Shown here piece after piece: positions 24,705-37,400 of a stretch of DNA of 64,000 nucleotides (positions within the stretch are counted from its first letter, which is position 1; every line of letters begins with the position of its first letter). The DNA lies in NCBI GenBank assembly GCA_965112155.1, contig OZ218100.1; one strand, given 5' to 3'. A program made the translations under genes and the position numbers. Source of the stretch: Podarcis liolepis. Taxonomy: Eukaryota. The notes under the pieces were generated by a model. That model did not search any database. It was given only the letters and a program-made list of their open reading frames with translations, and was not told the DNA's origin.

Positions 24705-26896
24705 GTTGCAAGCTATTCATGTGTGATGTGTCAGTCTTTTCCCTGAGTTTGAAGTGAAATCTTTTTAGTATCGTTTTGAGGAATGGAATTGTATTAACAC
24801 AGACCCACAGTCTTCAAGTACAAAATGGAGATATGGTTCAATTTGTATGGGTATGTTGAGATAAAGATAGCCAGTTTTATGTACCCCACCTTCTAGTGTT
24901 GGTTGCCAGTGCTAATGGGTAATGTAATTTCCCCTGGGGGTGTTTTCTCTGGGGATGACTATCTGGACCTTTGGCCTCACTTCCACTTTTCTACTCTGTG
25001 GCTGGAACAGGCCCAGCAGAACAATTTCATGTTTTAGCTTAGGATGGTTTGGGCTGTTATGGTAAAGTGGTAAAACAGATGAGCAAATAATGGGATCACT
25101 GGCTTCCTTCAAGGCATTTGTCATCCACATCAGGTTCTGGTGGGAGAAACAAAGACTTCATCGAAGGGCAGTGAGATTCACAGGCCTGATCAAGATTTAA
25201 TTGGAATAGAGAAACCACTTTAATATTCCTTGTGCTGTCATTACTTTTTGTACTTTGTAATAACAAACATTATAGGTGCTTCTGGTCTGAAACCTGTAGT
25301 CTCATGGTCAGTATGCCCCTACAGTGAGATGCACTGGCACATGCCAGCATCTGGCGCATGCCAACATCTGGCGCTCATGCATGTCTCTGCAGGGGAAAGT
25401 GTGCTCCCTTTCTGTATTTGGTTGTAAGTCACTTTGTTGCCCTGGGCAAGATAAAGCAACTAAGAAGTTTAATAAAGTTCACAGGAAGTGGAGAAAGTGT
25501 ATTGTGAAGAGGGTTTGGGCATCTTCTACAATTACATATGGAGAAGCCCAATGTGTTAGGCTTGTTTGTCTGGATCTAGGGTTGTCAAAACTAAGTCCAC
25601 CATCACTGTGTCAGATTAATGGAAAAAAACTCAACAGTAAAGCTATCAGGACATTTTAAGAAAACAGTATTGTTTCCTTGATTCTGAATGTTTTCCATGC
25701 ACTCTGCTAGTGTTTTCGATACTCTGTGTAATGCACTCTTTCCATGATATGCAGGACTCAAAGTTTTCTTTTGCGTGTCTGGTAAGGAGGGAGTTATGGG
25801 GATGACACTGTTCACTGCCTAAGGAATTTGTGCAATGTTGCTACAAAGAACATGTTGGATTGAAATCCTAATATATCATTTGAACAGCTTTGTAATGTTC
25901 TGTGCTTTTTAAAAAATATATAGCTGCTCTTTGGTACTCGTGGTGCTGTAAGACATTAACACATTCCACACATGGCATACTCATTTTCCTTTGCCAGATT
26001 ACTTTATAGCATTAGAAAAATCAGCAGGTGAACCAATAATGAGTGACATTTGCATAAGTCATTAAACGCATCAAACATTGTATTCCATACATGCATATTT
26101 TAAATGGACAGTGGGAAAAGATGCAATGCAAAAGTTAAAACTAATATATTCCCTTTGGAGCAGAACAGCAAAATAAAGTAGATTAAAATGCCACCCACTT
26201 TCTTTGTACTAAACAGTCCCTCAACCCACCAGGCTTCCAGAAGAATCCTACTCTTGGGTAGCAACACATTGCCTGCCTTCCAGGCTTATAATGCTTTTCC
26301 TTATGCTGAGTTTACCTTAAACTAAAAACCTTCCAGATAGGCTACCTGCAGATACAGATTTTCCTTGCTAACCACTGGCTCTGCCCAGTGGGCCACATGA
26401 AGCCTCTCAAAACAAGAAATGTGCCAAACTGCTCATCTGCAATGAAGGTTTCACTACCCTGACAGCAAATAGCCTGGGGCTCAGCTAAGTTTCCTAGTTG
26501 TGCCTATAATCCCACAAACAAACAGAAATATAAAAATATGCATTCTCATACAAGTATGATATACATTCCCCTGCCAGTAAAATATGCAAGGGGCTGTACA
26601 AATAAGGTCCAAAGACTCAGTCTAGGACAGCAAAGTCCAAATCATTCACATGTGTGTAGCTCAGCTCAATAAGGAACTATGTATGCCAACAACTTCTCCC
26701 TGCATGGTTTCCACATCTGATCCAAGAGTAGAACATGCAGAAGTTTAAAATCCACCAGGGGCTGGATTCAGCTTTTTCCTCCTCCACCAAGCAGCTGGTT
26801 CATGGAATCTTAACCTTTTTAAAAACACTGAAGCCCTTTCCCCAGCCCAATCTGGAAATGCCAGTGATCAAATCTGGACAAGCATGCGTTCTGTTA

Positions 26897-27080
26897 GAGG
26901 ACCATAGTAGCTCAGTGATAGAAGGATCTGTGGACATACATAAAGAAGGCACCAGACCAGGTTTAACAGCCAGCATCTTCTTGCCGGAAGCCCCAGAAAG
27001 TCATAGTCAATACCACAGCCAATATTGAGCTAGATGGATCAATAGTCTGACTCACTCTAGAGCAATTCATCTGCTCCCAA
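26897..27080 (+). mobile_element. Old tRNA-derived SINE with a CR1-like tail (similar copies at ~35250-35412 + and ~57940-58117 -)
   Basis: gtagctcagtgatagaa A-box-like head; gagctagatggatcaatagtctgactc tail shared between copies. Confidence 0.55.
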
Positions 27081-27820
27081 ATGGAATCCATGCACACACA
27101 GTTAGATTGGTCATCCTTCTGAGATTGGCTTCAGAAGTACAAAGAAATTGTGCAGTGCCATTTTTTTCACATTATTTCTATAGAATTCTTTTCTTGTGTG
27201 AACTTCACAGCATTTTTTTTTTTTAGGATTAGAATCCCCACCACCACCATCTCTTTCTTTCTCATCAAAGTTAGTTTGAACACAAATTAAATTGATCATT
27301 TCAGTTTGTCTTGTCTTAATTAAGAGCATCTCTCTAATAATGAAAGCAAATACTGGGTCTCAAGCGGTCTCACTTTCTCAGTGTTGCAAATTAATTATAC
27401 TGAATAACATGCTGTCTTCCTTTTCTTCTTAATTTAATATAGCGAGTTTCTTTGCTTCTGGCTGTCATTGCTAATAAGCGCAGCCGAGGCGAGCATGCCC
27501 TGGGCTTTTCAAATCTTGTTTTTGAGTTAAATTTAGATGAAATTCTCAGCCTCAATTTGATCTTTGTGTCGCCACACACCCCAACAATGGCTTTTGCATT
27601 CCAGCAATTGTTAATTGAGTTTGCTGATATCGACCAACACAGCAGAGAGGTGCTGTTTTCATGCTGCAGCCTAGGATGGCTCCCAATCAAACTCAAACCT
27701 GCATAGAATCATATATGGTGTTTCTATGACTTGCTGTTAGGCCATTCTCACATCAGACTAATTAACCAGGTGGTCAAAAATTTACACTGGATTTCACATT
27801 TCATGAAACTGCTGATGGAT

Positions 27821-27858
27821 GATAGATAGATAGATAGATAGACAGACAGATAGATGAT

Positions 27859-27894
<36 letters not shown>
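27821..27894. repeat. Compound microsatellite (GATA/GACA)n + (GT)n
   Basis: Read directly from the sequence. Confidence 0.97.
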
Positions 27895-27896
<2 letters not shown>

Positions 27897-28442
27897 ATGG
27901 GGCACAGCCCCCAAGGTCTTTTTTGGTAGCCCTCAGCAACATTTGACACCCCTCCCTTGCAGCCCTTGTGCTGCTTTCCCACAGCTGTGTAAGCAAGCTG
28001 CTGGGTTTGGGAAGGAGGCATGAGGGCTCTGACAGGTCCTAAGATCCTCCTTCCTCCTTCCCAAGGCCTAGTTAGCGCTTTCTCAGCTTTGGAAAGGAAG
28101 TAGGAGGGCAGCCTTCCCAAAGCCCAGCACCTCACTTAACATCAAATTTTGGCCTTGCTCTACCCACACCCCCAGCATGCATGCAACAAGGCAGTGTGAG
28201 GACCATAGCTTCCTTGTCAAAGTTGTCTTGTGGCACACTTGGTATGAAAAGTCGGGCCGCCCTGGTATAGAGGGTTTCCGGGGGGGGGGGGGTTAGTCAG
28301 GGTGCTTTCCGAAACTGTGGCTCTGTATAGATGAAGGTAGACTCTCTAAGAGGAAACCAAACCAATCCGTTCCAATGATGATGACGATGCACCTATCTAA
28401 ATGGGTTAAGATTATGGCCTTAGCTGGCCAGTTAAATATGTA

Positions 28443-28611
28443 CCGTATTTTTTGCACCATAACACTCACTTTTTTCATCCTAAAAAGTAAGGGGAAATGT
28501 CTGTGCGTGTTATGGAGGGAATGCCTACGGGTGGCATGCCTACGGATTTTCCTCCTCTAAAAACTACGTGCGTGTTATGGTCGGGTGCGTGTTACAGAGC
28601 GAAAAATACGG
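28443..28611. mobile_element. Mariner-type MITE
   Basis: TIRs CCGTATTTTTTGCACCATAAC / GTTACAGAGCGAAAAATACGG; TA TSD on both sides. Confidence 0.82.
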
Positions 28612-31600
28612 TACTTCCATTTACATTAAAGACAGGTTGCCCTGATGCCACAGGCGGAAGGGAATCCCCTAACCTAGTTCAAAGCAACATCACCATGTAA
28701 GGTAAAAGAGCGACAGCCAGAGTTTTGTGGGAGAGTTCTGGCGATTGCTGGCAGCTGGAGGGTTTCAGAGGTGGGGCACACACTATTAGAAGGGGGGAGC
28801 AGTCCATTGTTAGTGGAGCGAAAGAGGGAAGGAAAGAACGAAAGAGGGAAGGCTATTGAAAGGTGCACCCTCCCCCAATGCAATGTTTTAAACTGCAGTA
28901 ACTTTCCTTGCTGCGCTACTCAGCAACAGACCTAATTTTAACCCGTGGCGGCCATCACATCCACTTCAGCTTTCCTCAGATTTCTCAAATGTATAAAATC
29001 TGTCACTCCTTGTTTTAATGACATATGAACAAACAGAAAGTACTCCAGACCATCTTGCACATTGGCCGTGTTAACTTTTCCCCACAGTGACCTGCAAGGC
29101 AGCTTGTCATTTCATGGAAGCACTCTCCCTGTTACACTTACTGAGCTTAGTATTTTTTCCTTGGAACGACAACACAAAACCCACAGAACTTCCCATTACC
29201 TCTGAAACTTTGTCTATTGTAGCAATTCTGAGCTAGTTGAGATAATGAGCAAAGGGAATTGCAACTTTAAGGACTATTTACTTAAACACTACTGGAAATT
29301 GAGCTGCAGAAACTATCGGCTTAGCTTCGGAAGAAGCAATTGCTGCTGCTTCAGTTCCTTTGTACAGCTGTTAACATTTAGCACCAGCCTGTTCTAATGA
29401 GCACAATTCAGAATTGGAAGAGACCCTGGGGTTCATCTAGTCTAACCCCATGCCATGCGGCGATTCTGCCCACAGCCGTCCCTGGGTGGCCTTGAATCAC
29501 TAACTTTCCGGCTAACGCACTGACCCACTGCGTCACAGGATGGCTCTGGGAGCAACTTCGGGGTCCAGGTCCAATTGCATGCCTCAGGCCTTTCTAACCA
29601 GCCCCTGGGTCTCTCCCTAGGGCACCCCCTTCCCCATGCCACATCCCTCCCCAGCATGACCCCGTGCCTTCTCAAGTACATTTGCCTGACTGGCATGTGC
29701 CCCTGAACTGTGAGGGAGGGAGTGTAGAGCCCTCAGACTTTTGCATGGCTGGAACGCACCTACTCTTAATACTACAAGAGTCACATTCACGGCTGTTACC
29801 TTTGGTCCTGCCTGCCACTGGCAAGCAGCTCTCAGAAGGATGCCCACAAGGGAGTGTGACCTTCCGGCAAAAAAGGGATCTCCACCACCACTGGTGTACA
29901 ACAAGCATCTGCATAATGCCACACACACACAAAGTGCTAAGCAATGCACTCTGCACTCAGCTTAGTGCTCCATCTAGAAGTCCACTCCTCTTTATTGGCA
30001 TCAAACCTGCTCCCTGAACTACTTTTTTTCAGTGATGGTGCCAGGGGCTGAACATTAAGTCTTCCACATTTGCTGTATCTACTCTACCACCAAGTTATAC
30101 ACCCATCTGAATAACAGATCAATTCCCTTGATAGCAACGTCAACACTTTGCTTAAAAAATTGTTTTTCCTATGAGCCAAAATGGAGAAGGTGAATTAAAC
30201 ATCATCGGTACTTTCTCTCAAGAGCTCTAGGTTTATCTAGTATAGCTAAGAGAAAACCTGAATAACAGATAACCTGCTGGCAGACCTACTGCGCAGCAAG
30301 AGCCAATAACAAGTCAGTTGCCAGACCCATAGTGGCAGCGGCAAAACAGCCTATGGTCTCCATTTTTATGTATAAAATAGGGTCTTTGAAGTACAATCTC
30401 CATAAGACATATTCCCAGCTGTCTACAATTTGTTCACGGACCAGTTCTGGATTCTGATCGATATGCAAAATCTCCTTTCTGTGCTGATCTTGCCATTGCC
30501 TGACCCAAGCAATATCTTCTCTGCCATTTACATCTGAGCAATGCCATTTATACTAATATGCTTCATTCTGATTCAACTGAGTTCCAATTCAGTAACTTAC
30601 CTAGCTGCAGAGAAATGAAATACATTTGCGCACAGAACCATTATCCAAGGACCATCAGGCAGAAGCTACATGCCTTTCCAGGTACTCATCTGTGGAGCCC
30701 ACTCAAAATCAGTTGCTGGCCTGAGGCCTAGCGGAAGCTCATCTGAGGGCAGCACAGTGGGATCAAGTAGCTTTGTCAAGCAGAGCAACCAAATCTCATT
30801 TTCTACTCTAATGGAATGGAACCAGAGCAGAATTATACATTTAAATATCCTTGTTAGTACTTAGGCTAACTGAGCCATGGCCAGTCTTAAAGCGCTCTGC
30901 CTCACTGTCACTTCCTGCTTATGTAGGAGGCCATAAAACATCTGAAACACTTGTACCAGCACATGCTTTATGACAGCTCTGCTCGCTGCCTGGCTTATTG
31001 CTTGCAGAGGCTCATTGATTCGCCATGCTGGAATGATTGCTTTTAAAACAAATACCTATTCACCTGACAAGGAAATATTAAACCGGCTTTGATAAGCGAG
31101 CTCCGTAATGCCTAGTCCCATTGAAAGCAGCAGATTTGCTATAGATTTTAACAAGAATTCAGATTTAACTCTGAACAGCTTAATTGTACGATTCATATAA
31201 TTTCGCTTAAGCATCTTATTTTCAACTGTAAGGATAATGACACCGAGAAACATTCACTGTGGGAATTAGTGCTTCTTCTCAATGAGGGTGCGTGGCATTT
31301 AAGGGCGTTCAAGTGTCTCAGGCCTGTTGGCAGAATATTAAAAGCCTTTAATGTGTTATAAAACAGAACTAAGGACTAATAAAAAATATAAAGGTAGTCT
31401 CTTTACACTGTAGTGGAATTATTAATAAAGGTATCTTCCAACAATATAGTGGAATTACTGGTGATGAACATGACCTGAAGTAGACTCAGGGGGTATTTTC
31501 ACACTGTCGCTGTTTCTGAGTGGGATTCAGTTGCATACCAGCGAATTCAGGCAATTAAAGCCAAATGCACAACAAACCTGCACCCCCAAAAGATTTAACC

Positions 31601-31768
31601 TTTCACTAGAATGAAAAGTGAGGGGGAAATGAACTGAAAAGCATGTGGTAACATTTGCTTTGATACAAGGGCACCTAGCATCTCCACAAACAAATCAGAG
31701 TGGATGCTCATTAACAGCCAACATCATCTAATCTTGCTGCAAACCAACCAGGATGAATGCTCAAAACA

Positions 31769-31991
31769 CAGTCGTACCTTGGAAGTCAAACAGCTTAGTT
31801 CCCAAAGGTTTTGGTTCCCGAATGTTGCAAACCTAGAAGTGACTGTTCTGGTTTGCGAACTGCTTCCGCAGTTTCCGATAGGCTGCAGGAGCTTCCTGCA
31901 GCCCATCAGAAGCTGCGCTTTGGTTTCCGAATGTTTTGGAAGTCAAACGGTCTTCCAAAACAGATTCCGTTCGACTTCCAAGGTACGACTG
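31769..31991. mobile_element. Tigger-like MITE
   Basis: TIRs CAGTCGTACCTTGGAAGTC / GACTTCCAAGGTACGACTG (19 bp perfect); TA on the right, CA on the left. Confidence 0.85.
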
Positions 31992-34900
31992 TATATTAAC
32001 TTTACTTGGTCCACTTCCTGTAATGTTCCCCAAAATTTACAGAGGCTCAGCTTTTATTGTAATACTAGCCAGCATGAGAGGTGAGCCAGAAAACTGCTGA
32101 CCCATCACTCCCCAGACGTGATCACATTCATAAAATTTTAAACTCAGCTTGTTTTTTATGTTGAAATCTTGGAAGCCAAGTTTGGGGCAAGTACTCTCTT
32201 GTGAAAGAACCCCAGCGGAGATTTAACATCACAAAATATGCAGCAAAGAAAAGCATGGAAATACAGGTTGCGAAACCTTTAAAATGTGCCCTTCCAGTGA
32301 GCCCCAAAGTGTCCCCTTTAAAAAAATATTTCCAAGCTATCCCACTTCCCTAGCATAGCACACATTAAGAAAGTAACAAAATTGTTTACTTACATAACTC
32401 TTCAAAGGTCAGGTTTCTGTGCTTTTTACATGCAGTAGTCACAAAAGATGCCCAAACAATTAAAAATGATGCTTAGTTACAAAACAAACTATTGGTACAG
32501 AAAAATATTCTAGTTTCAGACTCCATTCAGGACTGAAACAAGAGAGGCTAGTTAAAGCCCTGTGCTGGTTGGAGCAATCAGTTCAGAGCTCCTTACATAC
32601 TGAATTTCACATGGACAAAGGCTTGGTTACCCATTTCCTCTTGTGGTGAGAGGAAGTGACACAGACAGGACAGCTTTCTCTATGGATTTAACCCTTTCAT
32701 GCACTAATTGGACTCAAGAATGCTAGGCTGGTTACCCTACAGCTTATTCATGGGAGATACCAAACAATAACAAGTCATTTAATAAAGAGTAGTTTTACTA
32801 ACATAACAAACCTGACTTCCCTCTAACTCCCAGCTTTTACCTATGGTCTCCCTCACACGCCCTCTCTCACTCTTGTCTTTCTCAGCTGATTCTCTGCACC
32901 TGTCACTCTCTGATTCCACACACCTGGCAGTCTTCTGTTACAACCACCTCCTGGTGCAATCTCTTTGGGAGAAAGCAGAACCACCAGCTCCCAAACAACA
33001 GAGATAGTCCCAAGTAATACCATAGGAACTAGTCAACAATGCTGAAAACTATTGAGAAGTCTTTAAGAAAATAAATAATGGTGCAAACCCACAACCGACC
33101 CAACCCCCATCTTCTCCTGATGCAAGGAAGCTAGCCAGCAAATCCTAGGATTTCCTGTTCTGGAACCCAGCTGGAAGTTAGCTGGATTCAGATCCATAAA
33201 GTTAGCTAGAACATTCAGGTGCTCTTGGATTAAGTTAACTGTCTGCCACTCAGATGTTGAAAGACTCAGACTACAGTTGGCAACATTATTATTTTGTTTG
33301 TTTTTCCACCTGTCATTTAAATACTTAAGGCATTTTCCTGCCTGTGGCTGTTAACGTGCTTTTGGCTCAAGTGGTTTGTAATGTAAATGTAAAAAACCCA
33401 CCTTGACTGGGATATTTACTCACGTTTACTAAATGCTCCTTTTCTAAACGAACAACATGCAAACATTGACATAAATAGCACACACAAGGCTCAAATGTGA
33501 TTTAAACCTCACTTATGAAAATGCTCTTTTATGTAAAGAGAAAAGAAGCTGTAAAGCTATTATAACAACTGTGGCTCACACCTGATACGGAAAAGATAAA
33601 TGAGCACTATTAAAGCCTTATTAGGCAACTAATTTGTGGAACAACTGGGAACGATTACAATGCAGCGACAAAATTAATGCTTAGTCTTTACAAAATGCTT
33701 TTCATCTTCAAAGCCCTTCTTCCATACTAATTAATTCACTCCAAGTACCAACGTAGACACACAGAGAGACACCGTTTTAAGTCCAATAATTTCACTTAGG
33801 CTTATCTGGACAATTTTGCTTCGGCTATATTTGGCTTTCAACATTTCTGCTGACACTGATCCTGTTTGGAAAGGAAATGGAGTCTGAATCCTAAACACAC
33901 TTTCCTGGGCCAAAATTCTATTGAACTCAATAAAGCTGACTTCAAGTACAGACACGTAATATTGCCCTTTTGTCCACAAACTACATCCCCAAAGAGCTAT
34001 TTGTGACATGATCCCATACACTGATCACTCTCAGTGGACTAGGAGGCAGCTTTCTAACCATTGTTGCAAAACAATGCATTTGATAACCAACAGGACATAG
34101 CCAATCCATTTTTTTGTTATTTTGGAGTAAAGCTCCATGTGCTTAGGAAGTATCCTGGCAATGAGTTACTATTACTTTATTGAATTGTATTCATTGTTTT
34201 GCTGGGTAGGTGACAAGTTGTGTATTTATATGCTACTATGTTTGGTATTTACAGTGATTGCAATTTTTGTTGTTGTTTGTTAATGCCATTGTGATTCTTG
34301 TGAGCTGCTTTGATGATAAAGGCTGTAGACTAACAACATCTGAAGGGCAACACATTGCCTGCCCCTGCTCACTTCAGTACACTTCTGCCTATTGCTCTGT
34401 GACCTTAGCTGGAAAACAGCAACAAAATGGAGCATCTGCTAGTTTTATTGGTGACCGCATTTATATCCACCATGCATTAGTGAAAAGGGCTTTATGGCAG
34501 GGGCGGGTGACCCTCTAAGTGTTGCTGGAAGCCAAGTCCCATCAGTCAAACCAGCACGGTCTCTGGTCAGGGGTGGTGGGAGTTAACAATGCCATAATAT
34601 TTGGAGGGCTACATGTCCCCCACCTGTGATTTAAAGAGTCAGAAGTTATTCTAGAGGATAGTTTCCTCCATTCATTGGGAAAGATGCTACCTCAGCCTTA
34701 TTCAAGGACTTTATTCATCGTTTCCCTTCCCCTCCATTGTTGCCTGGATTCTTAGCTTGCCTAAATGACCATTTGTCACGTCCTCTGTAGATTTAATTTA
34801 AAAGAGCTGATAGAGGAAGTACTGTCCCTTCAAGGCAACTATGTAATTACTGGAAAGCACTCTAGAAACCCAGAAATGGTAAATATATTGAAGGTAATTC

Positions 34901-35447
34901 ACAGTGAATAGACTTCAGCAACTACCATCCATTTTATTGCTGCATTTCTAAATTGCTTCATTGCAGTTCCCTTTCAGAGGCTCCATTGAAGCTCACTTGT
35001 ATTGTTTTAAGAACATGTCTGACGTAATACCAGCTGACAGGGAAAAGTAATTATTTTATATACAGTGTGTGTTACGGTTGTCACAATCTTTATTATGGGA
35101 ATTGAAAATCTAGAGTAGCAGTGAACTGTTAAGAGGAGGAGGAAGAGCAGCTACTTTTCACTTTACCTGGAGAGTAAATTATATTTGATATGTCAGCACA
35201 TATTGCTGCATATTTAAAATCAACTTTTCTCTAGCTCTGATGAATAGAAAGGCCTAGCTATGTGGAGCACATGCTAAGAATGCAGAAGGTCCCAGGTAGC
35301 AAGCGATGTTACACCCGTGCCTGAGATCTTGATGCCAGTCAGAATAGACGAAACTGATCAAGATGGACAAGTAGTCTGAATTAACAATAGATAGCAGCTT
35401 TCTTGGTTCCTAAATTTGTGTTCCTGTAATGGCAGGTGGCGCTGTAA

Positions 35448-35800
35448 GGGACGCGGGTGGCGCTGTGGGTTAAACCACAGAGCCTAGGACTTGCTGATCT
35501 GAAGGTCGGCGGTTCAAATCCCCACGACGGGGTGAGCTCCCGTTGCTCGGTCCCTGCTCCTGCCAACCTAGCAGTTCAAAAGCACATCAAAGTGCAAGTA
35601 AATAGGTACCGCTCCGGCAGGAAGGTAAACGGCGTTTCCGTGCGCTGCTCTGGTTCGCCAGAAGCGGCTTAGTCAAGCTGGCCACATGACCCGGAAGCTG
35701 CACGCCGGCTCCCTTGGCCAATAAAGTGAGATGAGCGCCACAACCCCAGAGTCGGCCACGAATGGACCTAATGGTCAGGGGTCCCTTTACCCTTTACCTT
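35448..35800 (+). mobile_element. Sauria SINE, full length
   Basis: GGGACGCGGGTGGCGCTGTGG head, GGTTCAAATCC B-box, CCTTTA tail; 12-bp TSD TAATGGCAGGTG at 35427-35438 and 35801-35812. Confidence 0.92.
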
Positions 35801-37107
35801 TAATGGCAGGTGAGATATATAGTGCATGGTGGAAATTTGGTTTTACCAAGAGGGACACATGACTGTGTTGATTGTCCGCTTTAACCCTATTACAAATGGC
35901 TATCAGAAAGTATTAAGCACATATGGTTACAAAGATATGACTGGTTTTGTGGTGGTGATGCCATAGGTTGTATCCAACCCTCCTGTTGCAAAAGTGGAAC
36001 AGACACTGGCACGTTCAATGGGACTTCCTCATCCTCTCCTTCTCCACTGTGCTCCCTTCAAAGTCTACTTTGGAGAGTTGGGGGAGCCTCCATAGTATAA
36101 AAGGTGTATAATTGATTATCTTCATAAAGCAACATAACCACCCTATAGTAAGAGAAATATTATTTGTACAAACCATTCTAAAGAGACCACTGCATACCAG
36201 CACAGGGCATTTTGAGAGGAATGCAATGGATAAACTGTCACCCTGACCCTAGCTTCCTTTGGGAGGGCAGGTGGGATATACATTCAGTAAATAAGTAAAC
36301 TATGGAGAAATTTTCTGAGGCAATTTCTCCTATGATTCTTTGGGGTCTTTAAATATCTATAACGTCAATCTATATGCTTCTTGCTAGCTTCTACCTTACC
36401 CTCCACTCCCCGATGACCTGAACCATGTCTCCCACCATCTCTAAAAGGTGGTTAGTTGTCCCAGTCCCAACCCAGATGCTCTCTAGCCTCCACCTGCTTC
36501 CCCCGCCAGAACATGCTACACAAGCATGAAAAAGTTTTTTATGATAGACATAAAATATTACCAGATGTATTTGCTTACAGTTTATAGACAGCACAGGGAA
36601 GGTTATAGAGCTTTATGTACCATCATGTTTTTCAATTAAATGTAATGTACAGTGCTCAAAGCCATGAATGGCTGGGCACTCAGCGCACGGCTAGCTATGA
36701 ACTGAAAGATAACTGCACATTTTGTTAATTGTAAAACGCATCTTCTTGCTAAAAAGTCAGTGGAAATTGCATTACTGCAGAATGGATTTGGTAAGGCAGG
36801 AAATTGGTGGATTCTAAATGTTTTGTAAGATACTTTTCATCTCCTTGTAATGGCGGTGGGTTTTCACTCAGATTCCATCAATATATGCCTTTCAGCAAGT
36901 AAAAACATCAGGTCTGGGCTAGCAGCTGCTTCTGTAGAACTAAGGAAATACTGTTGGTGTGAGAGAGGTTTGGAAGTGAGATTCCTACTCTCCAGTAGCA
37001 CAATGGCATATTAAAACTTGGTTAGATTTTACACCGGCTATCAGTCATCTTTAAACAAACATTCCCCACACAAAAATACTTGGGCTAGAATAAATCACAG
37101 ATACTTA

Positions 37108-37400
37108 AAAGTCATGGGGGAAAATAAAGTACACTCTCTATGAATTCTATGGTTTTACATACCAGGACATAATAACAACCATCTGTTCCTTAGCCGGTTT
37201 TAAAATTAGGTATACACAACCTCAGATGAACAACAACACATGACATATTACACACCATGTCATGATTTATTTAACAGAAATCAAGCGAAAATGGAGAACC
37301 CACAACCTCAGATGAACAACAACACATGACATATTACACACCATGTCATGATTTATTTAACAGAAATCAAGCGAAAATGGAGAACCCACATGTGGGAAAT
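37108..37400. mobile_element. Single terminal arm of a Tc1-type (IR/DR-like) DNA transposon
   Basis: aaataaagtacactct...gaattctatggttttacat..caggacataataac...cctcagatgaacaacaacacatgacatattacac resembles long Tc1 TIRs I recall from fish and frogs; no partner arm or transposase in the window. Confidence 0.55.
37215..37390. repeat. Perfect 86-bp tandem duplication
   Basis: 37215-37300 equals 37301-37386, plus CACA microhomology at 37387-37390. Confidence 0.95.

Noticed and set aside
27391-27706. Overlapping 101-aa and 84-aa ORFs as a small gene
   Set aside because: No recognisable domain or supporting exon structure; kept only as a candidate non-coding element.
32642-33092. Possible second solo LTR (tgtgg...ccaca ends)
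   Set aside because: No TSD and no second copy in the window; too weak to call.
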